A stretch of 64,000 nt of DNA from the NCBI GenBank assembly GCA_051294905.1, contig CM119372.1, positions 38,938,001-39,002,000 of the forward strand. Reading direction: 5' to 3'. The translations under genes and the position numbers were made by a program. The stretch is from Botryllus schlosseri (lineage: Eukaryota). The notes below the pieces were generated by a model that saw only the letters and a program-made list of their open reading frames with translations, was not told the DNA's origin and searched no databases. Positions within the stretch are counted from its first letter, which is position 1, and every line of letters begins with the position of its first letter. Positions 1 to 12,000 of this stretch are shown here, in pieces.

Positions 1-653
1 TTGCATATTTACAAAATAAAACTAACTATACAATCGATTGCAACAATTGCACTATGCTCATTGCACATCTTACGGTTGAAATTCAATATCAGAACGGGGG
101 AAGCACCGGCCACAGCGAGCTCTGATCTGTTCTGTGGCCGGCCACAGAATGACATGTGAATCTCACAGCTTTTAAGGGAACTTATAGAGATTTTCTGACC
201 GATATCTGGTATACCTTGTTTTTTCCAATTCTATGCAGTTGCATACGATTAGCTGTGACGAGTGTCAGCCGAATATTTTGATATATTTCTATAAAAAAAG
301 ATACAAATCAACACTTACGATCAGTTACCAGTTTTGATAATGTCTTCATCGCTTCTACCTTTCTATACCATTATTTCCTGTTTTATTTAGCCGATATCCC
401 CCTTTCTAATGCATTCTTTACATAATTTTGTGTGTTTTAATTGATATATAGAGACTAGGCTATTCCAGATCGTTTCATCTTCATCCGCTATTCTTCTGGT
501 ATTTCGGGTGAAAATGCATATAAACTGAGCTAAATTCTCGTTCTCACCAAGTTCTATTTACTGTACGCCCATAAAGGAACATAATTGATCATAGATTTGA
601 CCACGATTGGGTCACGTACCATACCAGTATCAATACTTACTTGATAAATTGCA

Positions 654-865
654 GCCGGCCATGAAATTTGGCTATGGCCGGCCATGAAATATAGTCATGG
701 CCGGCCATGAGAATGAGTTTGACATGGCCGGCCATGGAAATTTCATGGCCGGCCATACTGAAATTTCATGGCCGGCCATGAAAATCACCATGGCCGGCTA
801 CAGAATAGCACTTTTCATGGCCGGCCACGTAATATCTGTGGCCGGCCATGAAATTATCCGTGGCT
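654..865. repeat. Array of about 9 palindromic CATGGCCGGCCATG units with short variable spacers
   Basis: Seen directly; related units at 106-147; array is cut on the right by a LINE 3' fragment. Confidence 0.9.
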
Positions 866-1352
866 AAACCTGTCCATTCCCATTACACGAGATCCTCGTC
901 TAAAGGAAACATCTACTTACCCCCACCCAATAGCAACCTAACTAAGAGATCTATCGACTACTCGGGACCTATCATCTGGAATGCATTACCACCACATATC
1001 CGTGAATTGCCTTATAATAGATTCAAAAAAGCCCTACTTGATCACCTCTTGTCGTTACACTAACACTGTTGCCCTACCTTGCCCAGACATTGCTTCATTG
1101 ATCATTTGCCACCATTGTTTAATTTTTTTTTCTATTTTCCTTTAACTAAACATTTCTTTACAGCCAGTCTGTTCAGAGTCAAGTGTACCTGTTTGATGCT
1201 GGTGTGATCAGACTAGATGACCTTCACGGTCTTATCGATCATTCCTATATACCGAATACTGTGCACGCATATTTCCTGTACCACCATCACTGCCGTTTGC
1301 TATGTATTTTGGTTCGATGAAAATAAAGACTCTCTCTCTCTCTCTCTGTCTC
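866..1352 (+). mobile_element. 5'-truncated non-LTR retrotransposon (CR1/L2-group) 3' end
   Basis: ORF end HSHYTRSS...YSGPIIWNALPPHIR...FKKALLDHLL* typical of ORF2 C-termini; 3' UTR hairpin, AATAAA, (TC)n tail. Confidence 0.8.
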
Positions 1353-2640
1353 AGCGGGGATCATTACAGATTCTTCTCGCTAATTGACAACACGTGTCTC
1401 GCAAATCCGCTGCGCGGAACACTGATTACACAAATTAGAGTTAGAATGATCTTGTAAAAATGACGGGGTTTCGCGTTTCAAATAGGGATGTTCGACCCCC
1501 GAAACCCCCGTGGCTACGTGACTGGCACACGCGCGTATCGAAATCGAAGACGTCTCTAACGCGGTCGCATCGATTCGCCTGATTACAATTAATGGTCACA
1601 AATCACTTGGGCGTTTGAGCATTTTGTACGAGGTGGCCGCCACCTCGTAAATAGGGTCACGAGGTGGCTGCGCCACCTCGTAACCTCGCAAGTCGGCGCC
1701 TATGGGTATAGGCTATACAGTGACTGCTTCATCGATTTCGACACGATGTTCGCTGCGAGATGAAATGCCTAGTTCGAAACAGTATGTGGAAAATAACCCG
1801 AGGTAAAGTGATCGCAATATATTAACCGACAATTTGCGATCTAAAAGTATTCGCAATAAATTTTACTTGAATTATAATAAACCACTGCATAATGGAAACA
1901 TGTTGCAAACACTGTCGGCATTTTCTTCCAAATTTGACATTGTCGAATGTTAATTTGCAATCGAGAATTCAGGGATCTATAGAACTGTTGTTCTACTATA
2001 TCATAATATGTCCCTACTGCACCAACTACTGCGACGCCATTTTTCTTCAGCGCCCCCATACTACCCCTGAGCACAGCGCCCCCTTATCGCCCCTGAGCGT
2101 TTCCGCCCCCTTCAAAATCCAAATTGCCCCTTGGGGGCGCTACTGGTGACAAGGTCACGAAACACTATAAGTTAGGCGATGTCTGTATCTCTCTGACAGC
2201 GATCGGATTGCTATTGCGATTCCGATTCCGTACTCCTCGACTCTTCGTTATGCGATAGCGTCTCGTCGCCTCCTCGTTCTGCGATTGTCATGTTTGATAG
2301 TCTCTTTGTATTATTGATGGATGGTCTTTCCCGCCGTATATTTTAGGCGGATCTTTACATTGTCTCCGTCGTCTGTTGGCTGCTCGTTCGATCGTGATTG
2401 AAAGTTGGGAAGTCACTATATATAACGCAGGGCGAATGTCTTGGTATTATTCAACAACTCGAGTCATTTTCTTAAAATACGGAAATGACTCGACTCGAGT
2501 CAATCCGTGTATTATTGACTCGACTTGAACTCGAATCATTGCGAATGACTCGAACCAAGTCATATTACTCGAGACTCACACGACCGACATTTCATTGCAA
2601 TTTCGACGAATAAACCACACTATTAGGATTTCGTCTATTG

Positions 2641-5515
2641 CAGGGATGGGCAGCCTGCGGCCGTAGAAGGAAATTTATGCGTCCGTGGACACGTTTCAAT
2701 TAATCTATGTTGGCGGCCGTCAACATGCAATTTGAATTTGCGAATTGACTACCGATTTCTTGAGAGATTTTATTTAATCTTGAACTTTTTTCGCGATGCG
2801 TGCGATTCACGGTGACTTCATTTTTCGATTCCGATATAATAGCGCCTTTTGCAATCAGAGCCCCACAGTAGCCTACAGATTCGAACAGCAGAGAAAAAAT
2901 GATGCGCCCTACTTGATATACCCACTCGGACTCGCGGGCTACTCCCTATACCGACATCCTGATGGGAGGTCAAGAAATAACAGCATGCAACAAAGTGACT
3001 ATAACAATTGGGCCACCCGAAGATGCACCATAATTCATAACTGGCCCTAAATTTTCGACAACACCCCCTCTATCAACTTTACTGGTGAATCTGAACCAGA
3101 CATGGGGTAATCGCGATTAGTAATCGTAATCGATTACGACGATTACAGCATTTTCAAGTAATCGTAATCGCAATCGATTACATTCGAAAAAATCCCGAAG
3201 TAATCGTAATCGTAATCGACTACTTCCCATATTTAATCGATTTCTTTGTGAAAGAACGATTACTTTTTATTTGTACAAGGACTGTGACATAAACTGAACA
3301 CATGTGAACAAGGAAGATGTATTATACCAATTATTGAGAGCACAAACGTCTGATTTTTAAATGCCACTGCTCATTATTACGTCAGAGGTGACCTATTAGC
3401 TTTGCTCGTCTTTGCGTAGGAAGTATCCACACATAGCAAATAGATATTCGATATACATTAGTGTGATTGTGAGAAACCCACCGTGCTGTATATCGGTTTA
3501 TCAATACATTTCAGGTGCCATTACCTCGCATCAGGATAATTAATCATAATCACCTCTCTGCCTAAGTTAAAATAGCAACTTTTGTATTGATGTTTGGTTA
3601 TGCTTAGTTAAACTATAGAATGTAATAGTTCTAATTCTAGAGTTAAATGCAGTTTCACCGTTGCTGCTTGGCGAGCAGTAGACCTATATGGTACGAACAT
3701 ACAGCAGACAAAGGTTTAAAATTTTGTACTCGTCAAATAAAACATTACGGTTTCCACAACGAAGCATTAAAATCAACAGCTGCTGATATGTATCATAACT
3801 GGGCCGTTGTTTTGCCGTTTCTCGTAATGGCAGCTTGCATTACATTATCTGCATCAAGTTGAAGGCAGAATTTTATGTTCTCTTTCTGTTATTCTCATAT
3901 TATTCTACTCAAAACGGGCGCCAATCGCTATTTCACAATTCTTTACTGAACATTTGGACTTGCCGCCATAGCCATCGGCTTATATACCATGTTAGCGTGG
4001 GTTGTAGCTAGAATCAGGATCAAAACAGCAAAAGCGTCCCCCAACCAAACTTTGGTCTTGGGCCCCCAGGGTATAGTCAATTTGAAGTTGACGATTTTAT
4101 TTCGTCAATAGTATTGGTAATTGCATTATATTGCATTTTTAATCCTATCTCAGCGCCCTAAGGTCAGATTTACCTGAAGAGCTGGGGGGGGGGGGGCGTA
4201 ATTCATAATTATAACATCTGGTATCTTGCAATAATTAATTTATTGTATGTTGTTAATTCGTGACCTCCGGTCTGTTATATAGCCAAAAGTAGTGGCCAAA
4301 CAACAGACTAACAGAAAAACTTGCGTGAGACGCACACACAAATTGCCATGTCTAACTAATGCTCCGTGGGTGCCCGGGTGGCATTTGCATCGTGGGCTCA
4401 GATTGGAAGGAATGGACTGTTAGTCACGCCCACCCAGCACGGCTACTAACAATGGACACATACGCTAAGTTTTGGCCAATGTCTTTTTAGTAGACACTTC
4501 GTGAAGTCTCATGTTGGCCGAAACTGCATAAGTCTTTTGATGTGTCGAGGAGCGGTATTGACTGGCACCTAAATGCCTATTACAATGAATTATGCAATAT
4601 GCATGCTTTATTTCTTGAGGGGGAGACGTATATGCATTTCGAAATCAAGCTATCTAGAGACATTTAAATCGCAAAGCTCAAAGAGAAATTCGAAGTTAAT
4701 GAAATCTCTCGAAAATACTCTATAATTTATGTTGGTTTACAAAATACTTTTGACTCCCCTCCAACCACGCTCCCCACCCTATTAGGGAATTGTGGGTGCG
4801 GCAGTCATGGACATGGCAAGAATGCAAATCATTGGGTGCGATAAACCGTCCTCTATAAAATGGGCTATGGGTACATTATGACGTAACAAGGAAATGTCCC
4901 ATCGTTTTTAAAGACAGTTGTTATATCATTGGGCCTTTCCAGCGCAATCCATGTATTGTCTTCCAATATAACTACTACGATGCAAAATAAATGTAATCGT
5001 GAGTAATCGTGATTACTTTTCAAATGTAATCGTAATCGTAATCGACTACTTCCCGATTTTGCTGTAATCGTAATCGTAATCGTAATCGCGTGATTCAGAA
5101 GTAATCGTAATCGCAATCGATTACATTCATGAAGTAATCACCCCATGTCTGATCTGAACTCATGGGCTGAGAAAGAATTAAAAGTTTCATAGTAATATGT
5201 AAAAGTACTAATATTAATGATGAAATTCATTGGTGAACCCGAAAAAATGTTCGCGCTTTGCGCGACTATGAACAATCCGATGACATGACCAATTGACCAT
5301 GCAGTAACCATGCACTCGCGATTTTGGTGCGTAGGCCTATATCAAGCCTATATGAATAAATAGATTGGTCCGGACATCATCAGAAATTGCCACAGACACT
5401 TTATGGGTATTTGGCGTCCAGCTAGCTCATTACGACTTATGCCCCCGGAATGCGGCCGTAGGCTACATAAGTAGGCGAATGCTGCCGTGAATAACAAAAA
5501 CGTTGGCCAGCCCTG
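2641..5515. mobile_element. Non-autonomous hAT (Charlie-like ends), nested in 2428-5813
   Basis: CAGGGATGGGCA...TGGCCAGCCCTG; degenerate TSD gtctattg/gtccatgt; homologous to 6302-8414 and 11936-12835. Confidence 0.75.
3097..5151. mobile_element. Non-autonomous hAT with (GTAATC)n subterminal arrays, nested in 2641-5515
   Basis: TIR CAGACATGGGG; perfect 8-bp TSD atctgaac (3089-3096 / 5152-5159). Confidence 0.9.
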
Positions 5516-6301
5516 GTCCATGTACGGTACTACGTCAAACGCGATAAAAACTGATAAAGGTGAGAAAAATTGGTATAATATAAATGCCAGCCACTCGATA
5601 TCACCAAACAGGGTTATAAAAAGTCTGTTTAAAATGCTTTAATTGGACACTGAGCAGTCAACACAATGACTTGGACTCGGACTCGAGTCATAATACCATG
5701 ACTCGGACTCAACCCTCTGGTCGCTGACATGGACTTGACTGGAACGGTGGTGAATTGAAAATGACTCGAGTCAAAACTATAAAAGTAAGATTGACTGGTG
5801 ACTTACAACCCTGCGGTGTGTTCAACTTGTGTAAACTGACTTACTTGTACAATTCGCGGCGTATATCTTCCACGGCAGTGAAAAACTTGTTGACCGACGT
5901 ACCACAGAGTCTGTCTCCTACACACGTATATCAAAATCACACGGACGGCTTTCTTGTTTCTGTCTCCACCACTTGTTAATTTATTGAGCGAATCGCTTCA
6001 AACTGCAATGTCGAATTGAATGAATATATTTCACGGTGCATTACATACATATATAAAAATACGTATTATTTCATACCATCCACATATTATATCACACCAT
6101 ATATCCTGTTGGGTTGTCATTTCCTGTATCATGTTTCAAGATAGAGTATGTGTTAATCATAAATTTCCAACATGTATACCGTTATATTGGCTTATAAAGA
6201 CACCCAGCTGAACTATCGGTCGTGAAGCGACTGCAGGCCTTCGGAGGACCCATATTCTCGTCCAGTTGCGAAACAAAAATCTACCGCATTACTATATAGA
6301 A

Positions 6302-8414
6302 CAGGGGTGGCGAGCCTGCGGCCGTCGACGCGAAATTCAGTTAGATAAGCTGGCGGCCATGGACATGTAAATTGAATTTACGAGCGACTCCTTAATTTTT
6401 TAGAGATTCTAATCAATCATGAAATTTTCTTCGCGCTGCGCGCGATACAGTGCCGCATCGTTTTTGGATTTTAATAAAGTATAGCGCCATTTGTCATCTG
6501 TGCCCCACAGTAGCCTTCAAATATGTATAGGCTACATTTGGGAAATGCTGCGCCATATATATAAATATCCAAATGCAATCCTGTGCCCCTTCCGAAGGAT
6601 ATTGGTTTGGGCGATTGAAATATATTTCCACTATACGACAATCCTGATGGCAGGTCAAGAAATAACAGCATGCAACGACGAAGTGACTATAACAAAATTA
6701 ACCCATCATTCATAACTTGCACTCAGGGCCGTAACTGCCGCACCGCAAACCCCCCAATTGGGGGGGGGGCGAGCTCGAAGGGGGCCCAAAATTATTTCGT
6801 GAATTAGCATAAATTATAGAGTATTTTTTGAAAATTTAGGCAACTTTATCAAAAATTTTTCGCGCTGCGCGCGATTTAAAGTTACCGAGTATCTTGAATA
6901 TTGGGTACTCTTCCCACAAGAAAAAATACGCAAGATTTATAGAAATGGGCATATCAGCATCGGCCATTACCTCGCCACAACGCACCAAGACGTGTAAAGT
7001 TTTAAGCCATGTTATATGCGACTGCAAGAAGTGTGCCAGAACGATTGGCAGCGAGAAAACCTTGGCCGAAAAGGACTGCCCTTATGCTGACCGAAAACTT
7101 CGTTATATATACAAAATACATGTGGGTTTAATAGTCCATAGGTGCCTAAATGACTGGCGCCTAAATGTTCCTGTCTGGACAATCTGAACCTCACAAGACA
7201 AGTACCACCCCGCATGGAAAAATTATATGCCAGTGAAGAAATACCAATTTGAAATCGTGGGATCTTTTAGTTTAGTACGTTTCGGCGATTGTATATTTTT
7301 GATATAGCAGACAGGAGCTGGTCACGAAATAACATCATGTTACGAAGTCATACCAACGGGTCCACCTGCCCGAAGATGTTTAATTATTATTTACGGGCTC
7401 TACATTTTCCAAGACAACACCTGACTCAGCTCTACCGGTAAATCTGATTACGTGAGCAACTGAGTGTAGAGGACAAGAAATTGAAAGCAATATATATGCA
7501 ATTCCCGATCTTATTGACCGATTTCATCTTGAATTATCGAAAATTTTCGCGCCTCGCGCGATACATCTATACTTTCGTGGCAAAGTGAGCAACGTGGTGG
7601 CGGCCTGGAGGGTCGGTTTATCACCCTATGGAAGCCAAAGACTCCAGTTTTTTGGGGCCTGACGAAGTGCTGTTTCGTTCCTGCCAACGGGTATACAATA
7701 CATCCGGAGATGTTTATTTATTATTGAGGGGTCCTACCCTTTCAAACACACCTGACTCTGCTCTACCGGTAAATCTGATTACGTGAGCAGAGAAAGGATA
7801 AAAATTGATAGCAATATATATGCAATCCCTGATCATATTGCCCGATTCAGTCATGAATTATAGGAATTTTTCGCGCTTTGCGCGTTTAGGCGATAAAAAC
7901 TGACTCACTAAACGGACACCCCCAATAGATGATAAGCAGCGATAAACAACGTACAGCCTGAGAAGGGTCTGGGGGGCGAAGCCCCCCAGAAGTTGGGTTT
8001 ATCACCCTATGGGGGGCCCAGGACCAACGTTTTGGGGGGGCCTGACGAAGTGCTGTTACGGCCTTGCTTGCACTTTTCGAAAACACCCACTCCATCAACT
8101 CTACCGGTGAATCTGATAACATGGACTGAGAAAGGATCAATATTCGAGGCCAATATGCGGAATGACGAAATTCCTTCGTGAATCTGAAATTTTTTTCGCG
8201 CCTCACGAGACCATAGCAAAACGCAATACCCGTTCGAACCATGACCACTCGCGATATTGGTCCCCACAGAAAGCCGATATGAAAATATAGATTAGTCTGC
8301 AGTTCACCGGAAAGGAACATGTACCGTTTAACATGGGCATTTAGCGTCCAATTAGTTCACCAGGACTATGTCATGGAATGCGGCCGTAAGTAGCAAAAAG
8401 GTTGGCAACCCCTA
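6302..8414. mobile_element. Non-autonomous hAT, same family as 2641-5515
   Basis: CAGGGGTGGC...GGCAACCCCT ends; colinear homology; degenerate TSD atatagaa/ctacagaa. Confidence 0.75.
6724..8066. mobile_element. Non-autonomous hAT nested in 6302-8414, with an internal ~330-bp duplication of its right part
   Basis: TIR CAGGGCCGTAAC; perfect TSD cttgcact; second copy at 25404-27660. Confidence 0.9.
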
Positions 8415-8680
8415 CTACAGAACAATGGCGAACAAAACCATTGATACAGTATTTTTACACAAACAGAAAGAATATTATTATTTACCGAAAACCAGTCTTC
8501 TGTATGAATCGCGTGTTTGTCTCGACCACCCGCGAATCCCTGAACCGCACTTAACGACCACTGCTCTAGCGAAACCGGATGAATACCTGCAGTCCCGGAG
8601 AGATTGTAGATTTTCAATGAAAAAAAGTATGTCTAATTCTTTGAAAAAGCCGATCCCTTTCGATTCTCGTGATTTTTGAA

Positions 8681-8686
8681 TTTATT
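8681..8686 (-). promoter_or_regulatory. Candidate polyadenylation signal (AATAAA) for CRYL1
   Basis: Minus-strand AATAAA about 200 nt past the stop codon. Confidence 0.45.
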
Positions 8687-8775
8687 CGCACTGCACAAGT
8701 CATTACGACTACAAGAAACAAACAGCAACAGATGCATAAGATGATTTGATAAAATTACATTTCGATTCTACACAA

Positions 8776-8841
8776 TAGGGTTGTTCAAAAATGACCCGGC
8801 GGCCAATTTTTTAGAACAGAAGTTATTTTCGAACAACCCTA
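8776..8841. mobile_element. 66-bp micro-MITE in the predicted CRYL1 3' UTR
   Basis: TIR TAGGGTTGTTC(A/G)AAAAT; TSD ctacacaa/ctacacat (7/8). Confidence 0.8.
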
Positions 8842-8889
8842 CTACACATGAATGAATCAAGAGTGGTGAGGCGCATCACACCGACTCAA

Positions 8890-9003
8890 TTAGTCAGTCT
8901 TGACTTTGGCCTTGACTTTGGCTAATTCTAGCAGGCAATTATCTCTCCACTTCCTCCTGGCTTCCAAGCCTTCCCTCGTGTCAGGCACCATCTTGCACAT
9001 TTG
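8890..9003 (-). CDS. CRYL1: CRYL1 exon 8 ([37 protein letters not shown])
   Basis: ttttag| acceptor after a 62-nt intron; ARRxWRD motif of the CRYL1 C-terminus; TAA at 8892-8890. Confidence 0.93.
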   Translation of the reverse strand, partial: QMCKMVPDTREGLEARRKWRDNCLLELAKVKAKVKTD

Positions 9004-12000
9004 CTAAAACAAGAACAAGCACTCTTGAACAGGCTGCTTAACCGGGTAAGATTGTGATAAGAAACCTTGTTGATTTCCGCCACTGAGTTGTCGTCGAAGT
9101 CCGGAACTGCCCCGAACGTGGACGAAACCCTTTGGATGCCTTCGGCGTATTTTTCCATGTACTGTGTTGTTCCTGAAAAAAAAAACATTGATATTTAGAT
9201 ACCGGTAGATTTCGCTCTACGATTGTGACATCACGCTGTAGTTATGACGTTATTGAATGTGACAGTAGGGGTGTTCAAAAATTATTTTTTTCTCAAATTG
9301 TACCGGCTACTTGATAAAATGGTTACCTAATTCAAGCCCACACACCAAATTTGGTGCAATTCCAACCAGTAACTGCATTGCTATAGGAGAAGAAAGTTTC
9401 TATTCATTATGTAAAAATTAATTATAAAAAAATCCTAAATTTTCTGTTCACCTCATCAAAGTGTTGGGTTGTTTATAGAAAGGATGTTCGCCAAATTTGA
9501 CTCAATTCCAACCAGTGGAAGCGGAGTTATTGCCGTCGAAAAATTTCGAATTGAATAACGTAGTATTTACGGTGGCCAATTCTTCAACTATTTAATATAG
9601 TTGTGCCCGCCGTAAATACTATTTTATTCGAATCCAAATTTTTCGACGGCAATAACTCCGCTTCCGCTGGTTGGAATTGGGTCAAATTTGGTGTGCAGGC
9701 CTAAATTAGGTAACCTAGCAATTTTATCAAGTAGCCAGTATAATTGGAGAAATGAAGTCATTTTTGAACACCCCTAGTGAGCAAGTCGCAAGGTTCCGAG
9801 TCACAAGTAAATCTTACATTTATATAATTTTAACTCGAGTCAAGTCGAGTCCAATTCATATTTCTGATTAATCGATTTCAAATCGGGTTTCTCTCACTTT
9901 TTTAAAAATATTGGGTGATATTGAATGGCTCACATAGGCACATTCATATGATAATTTTTGACATTCATAACCTGTTTATTCCATCAGATAAGAGTTTCTG
10001 GGTCAATTTTCCAAGTGCAGGTCCTGATAGACTAGACGTGATCAAGTCATGTAAAATGTTTCGATTACAAGTCGAGTCAATACACAAAGTGCTCAAGTCG
10101 AGCAGAGTCAGTGAAAATTGCAACTCCAGCAAGACTCGAGTCATTACAAACTTGACTTTGAGCTTTTATTCATGTTCCATATATTGGGTTATGGCTGCAC
10201 TGTCAGCCCTGTAGTCACCAACATTAGCACTATATGCTAAACACCATAGCAGTACTGATTTGAATTGAGTATTGTAGAAGCAGTAGCACTTTTTCATTTT
10301 TATTATATATTCTACTATTATTTTTATAATATACTAAATTATCATTTTTGTGAGTAGATCGAGGATTTTGAAGGTGCTGAAGGTGCTCAAGTAACTGGGA
10401 GTGGTAGTCCCCAGATGTGGGTGGAAAAAAGTAGCCTACTTTTGTTGTCGGGTACTGCATCTGCGTGACGAACGCAAGTTTGGCGTAAGGCGTACGATAG
10501 GGGTGGCTAACCTTTCCGGCCCACGGGTCATACAAGATTTACGGACCATTGCGCGGGCCATTAGAATGTTGATGACCTTTATTTAGTCCTCCGATAGGAG
10601 CCAACCGGATTAGGTGACAGTGAAAACAAGTCTTATATTACTACGCATTAAAACCGATAGAAACCATGTCATGAAAACTCGGTGTGCAGTGATGTCACAG
10701 AAAACTTCGGAAGAACGAATATTGCTTGGACTGCTGAACAATCAGTTGTAGTGCTCTATGTTTCGTTGTTCTTGCGTTTGAAATATACATGGCGAAACAT
10801 CTCTTGAGGTATCTCTAATATTGCTTTCAAAACTACATAAATCGCAGTGTAATTTAGGAACTTGAAGGTATTTCGTATGCCCTTTATCAAGAGTTAAAGG
10901 CACAATAATAAGCATACGGAAATGGATTCAAACGCAAACCAAATTGGCAAAATATGACGTAACAATATAATGATAAAAAGGAATGCTAGCTGGTGAAAGT
11001 CAGTTGTACCGGTACTCCGGTAGTCATAATAACGGGACAAGAGAATACCAAATCATATAATACAAGGAAGACCTTACACAGACAATTAGCGATATCTATT
11101 AATGGAACATTCAAAGAATGTATAGAAACTCATTTTCCTACTTATTGTACAGTTAATTCTTGATAGGTGGAACACGGAAAAGTCTTCTGGGTAATAAATT
11201 ATAGGCCTACTGCAATGAATGTAGTTCTGAAAGCACTATTCAAGTTCAGTTCCGCCAGTCACATATTTGAGGTATCTCTGCATTTTATATGACAGCTATT
11301 AAGGTGACTAACATTTCAAAAGTGGTATTTTGTGAATCACGCATCAAGGCCGAAGCCCAAGTCTCAAATCTGAGTTTGACGAACCCGGACCAGCACGGGG
11401 CTTATGCACTTTCGGACCAAAAAGCTGTTTTCTCTGTAAGGCTGTGATGAGTTTGGTCCGAAAGTGCATGAGCCCCGCTGGTCCGTCAATTACATATTCC
11501 GAAAGCATATCGGAAGTGGAAGAAAAAATTACATATTTTGACATTTTTGACTTGCTCAATCTAAAACTATGTCCGTGGAACTCTAAATGAAGATCCATGA
11601 TCGTTTCTTAAGGTTTTATCAATAAAAAATTACCTAATTTGTCAAGGTGTCTGCCGATTAAGTTACCTAAAATCCCTGTGCCTGCGGACTCACCCAGGCC
11701 ATTCCACGGACTCATATGAGTCCGCGGACTGGCACTGGCATAAGTAAATGCTTCTCATCATTTAACGTCGGTAATGGACTAGGTTCCTTTTGGAGAAAAC
11801 AAGATGGAGTTGACATGTTTTTGGCTTGCGCGATATTTGTCTAGAATGATTCTCGAGGAAACCGCCGCGAGAGCTCCCTCTACTGAAATGGTCTTTTATG
11901 CGAGATGCTTATGAATAGCGCAGTGTACATCATTGCAGGGGTGTGGCTATGGTGTATCGGGGGGATCGTGGTCCGGTAACCTTGAAACGTGATTAGCATT

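Larger units (their letters stand above)
2428..5813. mobile_element. Non-autonomous hAT-like element with GACTCGAGTC subterminal repeats (outer host of a 3-level nest)
   Basis: CAGGG...CCCTG ends; uninterrupted relative at 18649-19142 shows the empty site; other fragments near 9777-10160 and 12940-13210. Confidence 0.7.

Noticed and set aside
654..865. CRISPR-like repeat-spacer appearance
   Set aside because: Repeats are only 14 bp and spacers about 6-14 bp, there are no cas genes, and the context is eukaryotic.
2170..2400. CpG-rich, arginine-codon-rich stretch resembling coding sequence
   Set aside because: Stops in each minus-strand frame examined and no clear splice boundaries.
5842..5925. 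Minus-strand exon-like segment (gtgtag| ... |gtaagt)
   Set aside because: Splice signals are plausible but there is no recognisable protein or partner exon in the window.
7886..8320. 144-aa and similar ORFs (also 36406-36810 +, 52245-52667, 61563-61949, 33197-33595)
   Set aside because: They overlap transposon sequence or are antisense to transposase remnants, and show no recognisable domains.
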